Source: Candidatus Poribacteria bacterium | GTDB lineage: Bacteria; Poribacteria; WGA-4E; WGA-3G | Length of the DNA stretch: 64,000 bases | Assembly: GCA_028824125.1 (NCBI GenBank) | Contig: JAPPES010000136.1 | Location: 7,007-71,006 of the forward strand | Direction: 5' to 3' | Part shown: one piece after another, positions 30,989 through 40,190 of the stretch | Layout of the letters: every line of letters begins with the position of its first letter | Position numbering within the stretch: position 1 is the stretch's first letter | Position numbers and translations under genes: made by a program | The notes under the pieces: generated by a model | Databases searched by the model: none | Told to the model about the DNA's origin: nothing | What the model saw: only the letters and a program-made list of their open reading frames with translations

Positions 30989-31758
30989 TGCGCGATCTGC
31001 CATACCGTTGGATTGAAGCAATTCAGGACCGGCGCGATTACATAGAAGACCAACTCAGGCTCGGAAGTCCCGTTGTTGGACTACCTTACGCACAAGGCAG
31101 CCTCCTATTGACCGTGAGTAAAGGTGCACAGAAAATCTTTGAAGTCCATGATAGAATTGCACTCTCTGCGATTGGGCATCCCGCTGATATTGAACGTCTC
31201 CGAATGCTTGTGACGGATACTGCAAGCGTCCAAGCCTTTCAAAGCGCGACTGAAGATGTAAACCTGCACCGATTAACCCATTATGTTTTAGCACATACCT
31301 TTAAACAAGCGTTTGAAGCAATAGTTGGTGAAGCCTACATTATAAAAATGCTCCTTGTTGAAATCGGAAATGGTGATACCCCAACGCAATTTACGCATAT
31401 CAACTATGACGGTAACGTTAAAGTTCAGCACGAATCGGCAGTAATTGGCGGCACGACAGAAATCGAAAACGCTATGCAAGATTATCTCACTGCCGCACAA
31501 ACCGATGCGAAACCTGATCTTCCCACTGCACTTCAGTTAGCACTCAAAACGTGGGCAGTCGGTAGAGGATTAAGCCAACGTTTTGAAGATGCGGATGACA
31601 ATACCGAAGTAACGGATGAACAGGTAAACGACATCATCAAAACGGAATTAGCGGATAGAGAAATTGAGGTAGGCGTGCTGGATTCTACCTTATCTGGAGA
31701 TACTAAATTCCGTCTCTTAACTCAGGACGAAATTCAGGTGGCGCGCGAAACTACATAA
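30988..31758 (+). CDS. prcA: 20S proteasome alpha subunit
   Basis: DR.DYI...L..GSPVV, KIFEVHDRIA..AIG...D.E.LR and E.EVGVLD; ATG overlaps the prcB stop. Confidence 0.88.
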   Translation: MRDLPYRWIEAIQDRRDYIEDQLRLGSPVVGLPYAQGSLLLTVSKGAQKIFEVHDRIALSAIGHPADIERLRMLVTDTASVQAFQSATEDVNLHRLTHYVLAHTFKQAFEAIVGEAYIIKMLLVEIGNGDTPTQFTHINYDGNVKVQHESAVIGGTTEIENAMQDYLTAAQTDAKPDLPTALQLALKTWAVGRGLSQRFEDADDNTEVTDEQVNDIIKTELADREIEVGVLDSTLSGDTKFRLLTQDEIQVARETT

Positions 31759-31819
31759 TAACTTCTCATAAGACTGGCAACCGATTGCTGATAGCCGACA
31801 ACTAATCAAGGAACACACC

Positions 31820-33280
31820 GTGACACACAGAATAATGGGAATCGAAACTGAATTCGGATGCATGATTCAGTCTCAGGCGATACAGACACAGCGCATCAAA
31901 GTATCACCGGAAGGTGTTGCCGCGCGCGTTAGGGATTATGTTTTCAAAACGCTTGAACTCGGCATCCCTGATCTTCACTATCGCGATTGGGGTGAACCCC
32001 CTGGCAACGGTGGTTTTCTCTTCAATGGCGGCAGACTCTACATTGATATGGGACACCTTGAATATGCGACGCCGGAATGCGCAAATCTCTTTGACCTCAT
32101 CGCTTATGATAAAGCGATTGAACACGTCATTACAGCGATTTTACACGACACCGGTCTTGCATCACACGTTGCATTTTACAAAAACAACATAGACCATTTC
32201 ACAGGTGCAACTTTCGGATGCCATGAGAACTTTCAGGCACGCCGCGATGTCCCGTTCTATAAAATTATTATTCCAACCTTGCTCCCTTTCTTTGTGACAC
32301 GACAGATATATGCGGGTGCTGGTAGGGTCGGTGGGTATGATGACATCCTTGAATTTGGAGATGGGCAATACAGCGTTGATGATTTTCTCGGATACCAAAT
32401 CTCCCAACGGGCTGACCACATCGTCACTGAAATCTATGAATGGATTCAGTTTAGTCGCGCAATTATCAATACTCGTGACGAACCGCTTAGCGACTATACG
32501 AAATATCGCAGACTCCATCTCCTTGTCGGAGACTCTAACATGTCGGAGTATGCGACTGCACTGAAGGTTGGAACAACTGCACTTATCCTTGATGCTATTG
32601 AACGGCACTACGAAATTCATGGCGTAAAACTTCCGATCCCGAACCTTGACCTTGCAGACCCTATCGCGACTATCAGACATATCTCAAGAGACACCTCTTT
32701 TAAATGGGAGGTGGATTTGCAGAACGGTAGCACTGTTTCTGCCATTGACATTCAACGCGAATACCTCAACTTTGTGCAGAACGTGTTAACGGAACTTGAT
32801 GAAACGGCTAAGTGGGTCCTCACAGAATGGGAAACGGTACTCAACGACCTTGAAGCAGATTGGACACGACTCACAACGCGACTTGATTGGGCAGCGAAAA
32901 AGTGGTTTCTTGATGCCTTAATCGCCGAAGAGGCATTGAGTTGGGATGACCCATGGCTCAAAAGTCTTGATTTAGAGTATCATAATATTGATCCTGAAAA
33001 CGGCATCTTCTACGCGCTGCAAAGCGAAGGATGTATGAGACGGGTCATTACAGACCAACAAATTAGCCACGCCATCAGCAACGCACCTATTGACACACGC
33101 GCAAGGGTGCGCGGATACCTTATGCGAAACCTGAAAAAACAGAAAATGCCGTGTATTGTTGACTGGCACCATATTTATGCGGGGCAAACCGAATGTTTTG
33201 AGATGAAAGAACCCCTTGATACAAGTATACCTAAAGCACAAAAATGGCTCCAAATCCTTAAACTTCGACAGAGAATGTAG
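31820..33280 (+). CDS. pafA: PafA-like modifier-protein ligase
   Basis: RIMGIETEFG, NGGRLYID.GH.EYATPEC, KNN.D....TFGCHENF and IINTRDEP...YRRLH..VGDSNMSE. Confidence 0.85.
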   Translation: MTHRIMGIETEFGCMIQSQAIQTQRIKVSPEGVAARVRDYVFKTLELGIPDLHYRDWGEPPGNGGFLFNGGRLYIDMGHLEYATPECANLFDLIAYDKAIEHVITAILHDTGLASHVAFYKNNIDHFTGATFGCHENFQARRDVPFYKIIIPTLLPFFVTRQIYAGAGRVGGYDDILEFGDGQYSVDDFLGYQISQRADHIVTEIYEWIQFSRAIINTRDEPLSDYTKYRRLHLLVGDSNMSEYATALKVGTTALILDAIERHYEIHGVKLPIPNLDLADPIATIRHISRDTSFKWEVDLQNGSTVSAIDIQREYLNFVQNVLTELDETAKWVLTEWETVLNDLEADWTRLTTRLDWAAKKWFLDALIAEEALSWDDPWLKSLDLEYHNIDPENGIFYALQSEGCMRRVITDQQISHAISNAPIDTRARVRGYLMRNLKKQKMPCIVDWHHIYAGQTECFEMKEPLDTSIPKAQKWLQILKLRQRM

Positions 33281-33318
33281 ACAATCTTGACAACAAAATG
33301 ATGAGGTTCCAAATTTCA

Positions 33319-34251
33319 ATGAAGCAGATAAAAATTCCCGGAGTCGACCAAGAAATTTCACAACTGATTCTGGGAACTATGATGTATTCACCTGCCAGTT
33401 TCGACCACAGCACCGAAATGCTTGACACATTCTTTGAAGCGGGTGGAAATGCTTTGGACACCGCACATATCTATGGCGGCGGGAATAGTGAAAAGTTAAT
33501 TGGGCTTTGGATGAAGGAACGTGGCAATCGGGACAAGGTGTTTCTGATAGATAAAGGGGGACACCCACAAGGTGGTGTGCCACGCCGTGTTTCCCCAGAG
33601 TACGTTAAACAGGACCTTAATGAAAATCTTGACCGTCTCCAGACCGATTATATTGATCTTTATATGCTCCACAGAGACGATGTAGAAATTCCAGTTAGCA
33701 CGATAATTGATTATTTGAATGAAGAGATAACTGCAGGACGTATCCGAGCTATTGCCGCTTCTAATTGGGAACCTCAGCGCATTATTAAGGCAAATACTTA
33801 TGCCGAAGAAAACGGGTTAAGCGGTTTTGTTGCTTGTAGCAATAACATTAGTCTTGCAGTACCAATGGAGCCGATGTGGGGTGGTTGTGTTTGTGTTGAT
33901 GATGATGCACGCCGTTGGCATGTGGAGAGCCAATTTCCGTTAATGCCGTGGTCATCTCAAGCACGGGGTTTCTTTAGTGGTGCTTTTACTCCTGAAAACC
34001 GAGACAATGGAGATATGGTACGTGTCTATTACAACGATGAAAACTTTGAAAGGCTTACACGTGCCAAACAATTGGGTGAGAAATACGGTTTTTCCGCTAT
34101 TCAGGTCTCGCTTGCATACTGCGTTAATCTGCCCTTCCCTATTTTTCCGATTGTTGGTCCGGCTAACTTAGTAGAGATGGCATCTTCCTTGGGCGCATTG
34201 AAACTTCATCTCTCTGATGATGAAATAGCCTGGCTAAACCTTGAAACATAA
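33319..34251 (+). CDS. Aldo/keto reductase
   Basis: GGNALDTAHIYG, KGGHP, LQTDYIDLYMLHRDD, SNW and WSSQARGFF. Confidence 0.9.
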   Translation: MKQIKIPGVDQEISQLILGTMMYSPASFDHSTEMLDTFFEAGGNALDTAHIYGGGNSEKLIGLWMKERGNRDKVFLIDKGGHPQGGVPRRVSPEYVKQDLNENLDRLQTDYIDLYMLHRDDVEIPVSTIIDYLNEEITAGRIRAIAASNWEPQRIIKANTYAEENGLSGFVACSNNISLAVPMEPMWGGCVCVDDDARRWHVESQFPLMPWSSQARGFFSGAFTPENRDNGDMVRVYYNDENFERLTRAKQLGEKYGFSAIQVSLAYCVNLPFPIFPIVGPANLVEMASSLGALKLHLSDDEIAWLNLET

Positions 34252-34329
34252 TAAAAAACAGACACACATCCGACGAATGCCACACACGTAATCGTTGTTG
34301 ATTTTGCGTGCTGCTAAATAGGGAATTAT

Positions 34330-35439
34330 ATGAATACGCAAATTTTTAAAGCAATACTTACCTTTCAGCTTCTTTTATTTTTCTTTAGTATCATAGGCAG
34401 TGCTTTTGCGCAAGAAAGCTGAGGCGCGTGAAGCAATCCCGCAATCCCACGTGGTGGGTTGGGTGAAGTCAGTTTGGCTTCAGAATCTAAAAAATTTCAA
34501 GTCTCTTTCAGCACGATGCGATGGTTTGATGCGCAAGGTGGGCACTTTGAAGATGAAGGGGTTTTTATTGATCCAAGTGGAAACCGAACAATAGACGCAG
34601 TTCCACAACACCGACATCGTGTTACTTTAAATGTATATCGCGTTGATGTAGGGTTAAAATATCAACTCGGATCTCAATGGTCGTTGGAAGCCAACCTCCC
34701 TTATGAATCCAGAGTTCAAGAAGCAAGTATTGAGAAGCTTGACAGTGTGGAGTATACTGAAGTGCAATGGGATGCGATTGAAGAAAATGGGCGTATTCAT
34801 CATCGTAATGAGACCTATACCGGTTTAACAGATTCGGAAGTTTTTCTTGGACATTATAGACTGGGTGTTTTCACAGAGGGTGATTTTTTAATGGGGCGTA
34901 TCGGAACGTCAATTCCATTTGGAAAGACTGAGGAGGACCCGTGGGAACTTGGGGCTGCTGGTCTTGAGCATCTACATCTCCAATTTGGAACTGGGACGTT
35001 TAACCCTATAGTTGATCTGCATTACAATCTGCCTATATACAAAGGGTTTGCAGCGCGTACCAATCTCCGCGCAAAATTACCTTTCTACGAGAACAGCAAG
35101 ACCTATCGTGGTTCCAGAGAACTTACATACACTGCGGGGTTGAACTATCGTCTGAATAAATGGTTTTCTTTCCAAGCAGGCTACCTTGGAATTTATCAAT
35201 CCTATGCGTATTGGGATGGAGAAATAGACAAAAATACGGGTCTCCTTTTCGGTCTGGCATCACTCGGTACATCTATTAGAACACCATTCAATGTTCCGTT
35301 ATCCGTTACGCTGATGCTCCCATTGCATCAAAAAACACTTTATGATGACAGCGAGACTTTGGCTGATAACAAATATGAAGAAAGCGATGCGTTTGAATTT
35401 GGTCCACTTGTCTCCTTAACAGTTTTATACCATTTCTAA
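34330..35439 (+). CDS. Predicted selenoprotein outer-membrane beta-barrel transporter with an N-terminal UxxU motif (Sec31, Sec34)
   Basis: ATG 34330 gives MNTQIFKAILTFQLLLFFFSIIGSAFA|QES-TGA-GA-TGA-SNPAIPRGGL, in frame with the track ORF at 34459. Amphipathic beta strands, a G.SIPFG...LQFGTG motif and C-terminal Phe; SECIS-like hairpin downstream. Confidence 0.75.
34442..34461 (+). promoter_or_regulatory. Bacterial SECIS-like hairpin
   Basis: CAA-(U bulge)-CCCAC-GUG-GUGGG-UUG. The bulged U is at +17 and the loop GU at +23/+24 from the second UGA, as in E. coli fdhF. Confidence 0.65.
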
Positions 35440-35603
35440 AATAATTTCTCACTACTGAATTTCATGAATTGCGATATTGGAAGGCACAAACTAACAGTTT
35501 GTGCTACATAAGAGAGAAGCATTATCAGAAATGGTTTTATATTCATTTTAGGCTTTTCACAGCGATAATCAACAAAAGCACAAGAGGGTTTTAGAAAAAA
35601 TAA

Positions 35604-36038
35604 ATGATAGCACACAGCAGAGGAGTCCAAATCTTCCAGGGCATAATTAGTATTATCTTAGGTGTTGTTAGCATCTTATTGGCTATCGTGTTACGACAAT
35701 CCATATATCCAACCATGACTCTCACTGCCTTTTTTATAATTGGCTTGACTCTCATTCTTTCTGGTGATTACCTCATTAACCCTTTTGGTATGCCTGTAGA
35801 TCCCTTCAAACAACAACTTCTCAGTGAGATGTGTCTTATTGCTTACGGTGCGTTTTATGTTAATATTGGCGGATCTCAGTTGTTACAACCACTCACAAAG
35901 TTCAACATTGCACACTACTTAGACCCAGTGTGGATACGACGGGGTATAAGCACTATCGGTATACTTTTAATTATTGGTGGGCTTTACGGAATTTATCAAT
36001 TGCGGCACGCGGAACTGCCTGAACCCCCATCAGAATAA
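35604..36038 (+). CDS. Hypothetical four-TM membrane protein
   Basis: 144 aa with four hydrophobic segments. Confidence 0.7.
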   Translation: MIAHSRGVQIFQGIISIILGVVSILLAIVLRQSIYPTMTLTAFFIIGLTLILSGDYLINPFGMPVDPFKQQLLSEMCLIAYGAFYVNIGGSQLLQPLTKFNIAHYLDPVWIRRGISTIGILLIIGGLYGIYQLRHAELPEPPSE

Positions 36039-36099
36039 CGTATGTTTTGTTGTGGTACGTGACGTTTCGTTCAAGCACTGACCAGGAAGCACATGAGAT

Positions 36100-36405
36100 T
36101 CAGCGCGCGATGATTACTGCGTAGCGCAGTGGTGTCTCTCCTACGTTTCGTATACCGTGTAACACTTGACAATCAACATGCACGGCTTCGTTGTCACGGA
36201 CGCGGTGTTTGTGTTCTCCGAATAAGACTTCGCCTTCCCCAGAAAAAACATAAAAAATTTCTTGCCCGTCATGTGTATGGGGTGGATGTGCGCGTTGCCC
36301 CGGCCCAACTTCGGAGATGTGTAGATGGAGTTGTTCTTGATCTGCCCCTACTTCAAAAATGAACCGATCTATACCTTTGATGTCAGTTCTTACTGTTTCT
36401 GCCAT
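36100..36405 (-). CDS. Cupin-domain protein
   Basis: PGQRAHPPHTH..QEIFYV..GEG and HGIRNVG; aggagg SD. Confidence 0.9.
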   Translation of the reverse strand: MAETVRTDIKGIDRFIFEVGADQEQLHLHISEVGPGQRAHPPHTHDGQEIFYVFSGEGEVLFGEHKHRVRDNEAVHVDCQVLHGIRNVGETPLRYAVIIAR

Positions 36406-36514
36406 TGCGAACCTCCTTTCTTTGCACTATTCTACCACACGCCTTAAAACCTTTCCAGAGGAAAAAGAAAACAGGAGTGTGTCCAGTTTTTCGCATGTGT
36501 TGTCTGAATCGCTG

Positions 36515-36800
36515 TGGACACAGAGAACTCGGAGGACGTGGATTATTGCTATCCTGTCTGAATCGCGGATTACACGGATTACGCGGAAAACGCGGATTTT
36601 TGACTGGAGGTGCTACATCGGTTTTCATGTGCTCGCTGCCGTTTACCTATACGCTTGTATAGCAAGCACCGTTACACCTGTCAAAACAACGCATCTTCCC
36701 CAACACCATAATCCGCGTTCTCCGCGCAATCCGTGTAATCCGCGATTCAGACGGAGAGCAGGCATAATTCGCGCAATCTGCGATAATCCGTGATTCAGAA
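36515..36800. repeat. Inverted clusters of short repeats (aatcgcggattacacggattacgcgg / aatccgcg...)
   Basis: tgtctgaatcgcggattacacggattacgcgg at about 36555 with its inverse at about 36710-36752; a related cluster lies at about 39900-40040. Confidence 0.75.
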
Positions 36801-36939
36801 AATTGAACGCTACACACAAGAGTCTATCTAAAATCGGAGGGTAGTTGGTGGAAATTTCGGGGTGTGAACAATAAATATCCAATAAAAACGTACTTTTTCC
36901 GAAAAAAACATTAAAATTTCAAAATTTCTGCTTTTTTTC

Positions 36940-36969
36940 TTGACATCTGTTTACACAGTACTGTATAAT
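36940..36969 (+). promoter_or_regulatory. Consensus sigma70 promoter
   Basis: TTGACA-18 nt-TATAAT with an AT-rich upstream region. Confidence 0.75.
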
Positions 36970-36975
36970 TGCATG

Positions 36976-37155
36976 TAGACGTTAGGAAATTCGCGTCCGC
37001 GCGGATTGCGTCTGAGGTGCTTTCAATGCACCGACAGTGTAAATTCAGCTTAACACTGCCGATGCGGAGCACTGCCAGATACACCCTGACAGGCTGGTTC
37101 TATTTTATCAAGACCTGATGGTAAGGTCAAAGCATATCATAGGGACCAGCCCTCT
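36976..37155 (+). ncRNA. Candidate structured leader RNA
   Basis: Successive stems gacg/cgtc, ggtgc/gcacc, cagtgt/acactg and ggctggttct/gggaccagcc directly after the promoter; no family recognised. Confidence 0.35.
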
Positions 37156-37301
37156 ATAGAAATAGATAAAACAGGACAAATACCTAATCAACGGTATGAA
37201 TCATGGTGAATGCCATACGCGCATTCGTCTTTAGGCATTCCCCGCCTATTTCTGTAGTCTGTCATGAACAATTAACCTACTCTCTAAAGAGGAGGCACAA
37301 G

Positions 37302-37544
37302 ATGAGACGAGACTACACAGTTCTTCTCACCACACTTATTGTTTTCACATTCGTGATTAGCGGTTTCTTGCTGTTTGGCACACTTGATGCTATGCAAGCA
37401 GACACGCTTGATTGTGAAGAAAGATTTAAACGAGAATGCCCGATAAAAGAAGTACCGAAACCGGGCCTAATTTGTCCTACTCCGAGACAGCACTGCCCGC
37501 TGGAGGAGACAGGGACAGGTACACCTATGAGTAAAGGAGATTGA
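37302..37544 (+). CDS. Small secreted four-Cys protein
   Basis: aggagg SD and ATG 37302; signal-like N-terminus; four Cys in the mature part. Confidence 0.65.
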   Translation: MRRDYTVLLTTLIVFTFVISGFLLFGTLDAMQADTLDCEERFKRECPIKEVPKPGLICPTPRQHCPLEETGTGTPMSKGD

Positions 37545-37545
37545 C

Positions 37546-38193
37546 ATGTCAAAGAAAATGTTTTGGGGGCTTGGTGCCCTAATTGTTTTTGTGATTGCTG
37601 CCGGTGGGTTTATGTATTGGCAGTGGTCAGAAATGCAGCAGCTCAAAAAAGAGGCTGCGGCAGTAGAAAAAATGTGGGAAGAGCATGAGAAGGCGAAACA
37701 ATCGGCACAACCGCCGATAGATTACAGCAAACCGCCGCCGGGCAAAACGTTTGCGAACGGTGGACACTGGCATAACGGTGAATGGCACGACGGGCCGCAC
37801 AAGACACCTGTTGTCGTAGAGGATGTGCCAAAGACCGAACCTGTGCAAATGGAAAGTGTCGTCATTGAAGGCGTTGGCGATTTGAAAGAATGGCTGACAT
37901 TCTTTGAATCCTTCGGTGATGACCCGCCTTTGGAAAAAAAATATGAGTTCGGCCCAAAAAGAAATCAATTCTATGAGTCGTTACGAGACTTTGATTACAA
38001 AAACGCTTCGCCAGAGGTGTTAGCATTGTTAGCTCAAATTCGGGAAAAAAACACTGCGTTAGGGTACGTCTTTGGAAAGAAATCCGCAATAGAGCGTGCT
38101 GAGGCGGATGCCCGCCGTGCTGAATGGGCCCGGAGGTATCCGCGTCCCGAACAGATTTCGGTAGGTTTTGATGGCGAAGGAGGTGGCGAATAA
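37546..38193 (+). CDS. Membrane-anchored protein with a GHWHNGEWH motif
   Basis: aaggag SD; single N-terminal TM, coiled coil and a Pro-rich then His/Trp motif. Confidence 0.8.
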   Translation: MSKKMFWGLGALIVFVIAAGGFMYWQWSEMQQLKKEAAAVEKMWEEHEKAKQSAQPPIDYSKPPPGKTFANGGHWHNGEWHDGPHKTPVVVEDVPKTEPVQMESVVIEGVGDLKEWLTFFESFGDDPPLEKKYEFGPKRNQFYESLRDFDYKNASPEVLALLAQIREKNTALGYVFGKKSAIERAEADARRAEWARRYPRPEQISVGFDGEGGGE

Positions 38194-39770
38194 TGTTGTA
38201 TTTCAAACGTTCACTTATCAAACGTTCACTTATCACACTTCTTGCGATTTGTGCAATTGCGCTGCCCCTCTGTATTTTCACCGTGGCTGCGGACACCACA
38301 CCGAATTGTGATGTTTGCACGAGTGGGTGTTCTGCGTGTCCGCCAGTTGTAGAAACCAGCGATGGCAGAACAGTCGTTCTCACCGATGTTGGTCAAGCAC
38401 ATGATGAATGGACCGCAGCCGAAGGATACTTGGATGATGCCCTTGATCAGATGCATGATCTGAAACACGATCTGGAAGCTATTGACAAGGCGATTGCTGG
38501 GGACACGTCGGGGTTGGAAGACCTTCTCACAAGTATGACGGCGCTTGCCATTGCGGGCAGACGCCCTGATATTGGTGCGACTGTGTTGCTTATTAAAACG
38601 CTTCTCACAGATATTGAGGCAGGGCGCAAAAAATACGATCTGGAACTTCAGCGGATAGACAAGTATGCGGAGATAAAGTCAAAGAATCAGGAAATCACCG
38701 ACAAGTATTCGGATCGTGACAAGTTTCATTCTGCGCTTTCGCAGTTGGAAGGCTTTACGCGTAATAAGCAGAACACGGGCGAATTGAATGACATGTTGGT
38801 CGCTGTTCCGCAAATATCGGTAGCGTGTATAGGGTGCGGTGATTGGTATTATGACAATAATCATTTTGAGTTTTTCTCTGGGCAAATTCATAATTTCAAA
38901 CGCGGCATAGGCGTTCCGCTCTCTGCGTTAACTTCTAAGGCGACCTCGCACAAGGTGTCGTGTTTAGGGTGCGGGGATGAGTACTATTCGTGTCGTCCGA
39001 AGGAAGTTGAAGAGCATCAGGTGTTATATTGTCAGAAGGAAATCGTGTATGGCGGGCTCCTCAACAAAGTGTTGATAAACGTCTGTGGCAATCCGTATCG
39101 GAACTGCGATGATCCGCCCAAAAAGCAGATACATTGGTGGTTCCCGGTTTATTCTTATGGCGTGAGCTCTGGGGGCTTTTATGTTTCTTGGATTTCAGGG
39201 TATACAGGCACGCCGACCAAATGCGGAAAAGGGGCAACGGAACCGCCGAATGTTTCTGTTTTTGGTCCCAATGGTGTCGGTTGGCACGAGAGTGATATAG
39301 ACGCAACACCGAATTGCGATCAGTGCCTGGATGGGAGTGAAGATTGTCCGGGGGCCGACACGAACCATAATAACTTTAATGGCGGTACTAACGGGAACAA
39401 TGGGGCTAATACTTACACGCCCGAACCCACACCCGCGCCGACACCTACACCGACGCCTCCCTCTGTGAGTCTTGCGCCTAGCTCGTCTAGTCCGACCTAT
39501 TATAGTGCGACTGCGGGAGATAACCACAATGCAAATTTGACGTTGGGGGCTGCCGCGAGTTCTGTCAGCTGGTATGTTCAGGCGCCGGGGCAGGCGTCGC
39601 CGCAGTTGATATGGAGTGGTAGTGTGTCGAAGACATCGGATCTGAGTTACTGGTTTCCCACGGGTGTGACTGGGGATTATGTGATTTCGGTGTCGGGTAC
39701 GTGGGCTTCGGATAGTTCTACGTTTACGGACAGTTACACGGTGAACGTCGGTAGTCCTCCCCCCGAATAG
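38193..39770 (+). CDS. Secreted Cys-rich protein with a Pro/Thr linker and C-terminal beta-sandwich
   Basis: aggagg SD; signal peptide; TPNCD.C..G...CP x2 and C.GCGD.YY x2; PTP linker; Ser/Thr-rich beta domain. Confidence 0.8.
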   Translation: MLYFKRSLIKRSLITLLAICAIALPLCIFTVAADTTPNCDVCTSGCSACPPVVETSDGRTVVLTDVGQAHDEWTAAEGYLDDALDQMHDLKHDLEAIDKAIAGDTSGLEDLLTSMTALAIAGRRPDIGATVLLIKTLLTDIEAGRKKYDLELQRIDKYAEIKSKNQEITDKYSDRDKFHSALSQLEGFTRNKQNTGELNDMLVAVPQISVACIGCGDWYYDNNHFEFFSGQIHNFKRGIGVPLSALTSKATSHKVSCLGCGDEYYSCRPKEVEEHQVLYCQKEIVYGGLLNKVLINVCGNPYRNCDDPPKKQIHWWFPVYSYGVSSGGFYVSWISGYTGTPTKCGKGATEPPNVSVFGPNGVGWHESDIDATPNCDQCLDGSEDCPGADTNHNNFNGGTNGNNGANTYTPEPTPAPTPTPTPPSVSLAPSSSSPTYYSATAGDNHNANLTLGAAASSVSWYVQAPGQASPQLIWSGSVSKTSDLSYWFPTGVTGDYVISVSGTWASDSSTFTDSYTVNVGSPPPE

Positions 39771-39792
39771 TCGTGATGACGATACATTTTTA

Positions 39793-39830
39793 CAGGCAGG
39801 TATCCTTTTGGGTATCTGCCTTTTCTTTTC
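39793..39830 (+). terminator. Intrinsic terminator
   Basis: aggcaggtatcc-tttt-gggtatctgcct followed by tttctttt. Confidence 0.75.
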
Positions 39831-40190
39831 TCTTTTGTACTGCAAACTTTTAGTTCGCGTTTTTTGGCACAAACTGGAAAGTTTGTGCTACATTTTTTAT
39901 TGTTTGAATCGCGGAGGACACGGAGAACGCGGATTACGCGGAGAGGGGTTTGGCAAAATAAGATCCTTTTCAAACGATTGGGCATACTTTGAATAGGCGT
40001 TTGGGAGTTCCGAAGTCACTAATCCGCGTTCTCCACGTTCAAGTGTGGCGGGGTTAGGAAACCTCGCCAGCATTACGATGTGCGGATTGTTCATTAAAAC
40101 GTGAACATATTTTCGATTTTACTATAAACAGTTGATTTATTAATCAATTTATGATATAAAATCAGTAATGTCTATAAAAGGGGAGTACTT

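Noticed and set aside
34420-34431. Genome-wide TGA reassignment (code 4/25) as the explanation for the in-frame TGAs
   Set aside because: TGA terminates many conserved genes here at the expected position (moxR, ubact, prcB, hflX, SDR), and Trp is encoded by TGG.
36359-36882. Overlapping ORFs on both strands (also 39734-40094 and 58673-58969)
   Set aside because: They are translations of intergenic repeat elements (LNRGLHGLRG, YKHIVPTGLK) with no RBS or domain signal.
37010-37080. Canonical lysine riboswitch
   Set aside because: Far too short, lacks the long kissing P2/P3 arms, and the downstream genes are not lysine-related. Kept only as an unknown structured leader.
39195-39872. 225-aa Arg-rich antisense ORF and similar shadow ORFs in the track
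   Set aside because: They lie antisense to well-supported genes, and their composition reflects the opposite-strand codons.
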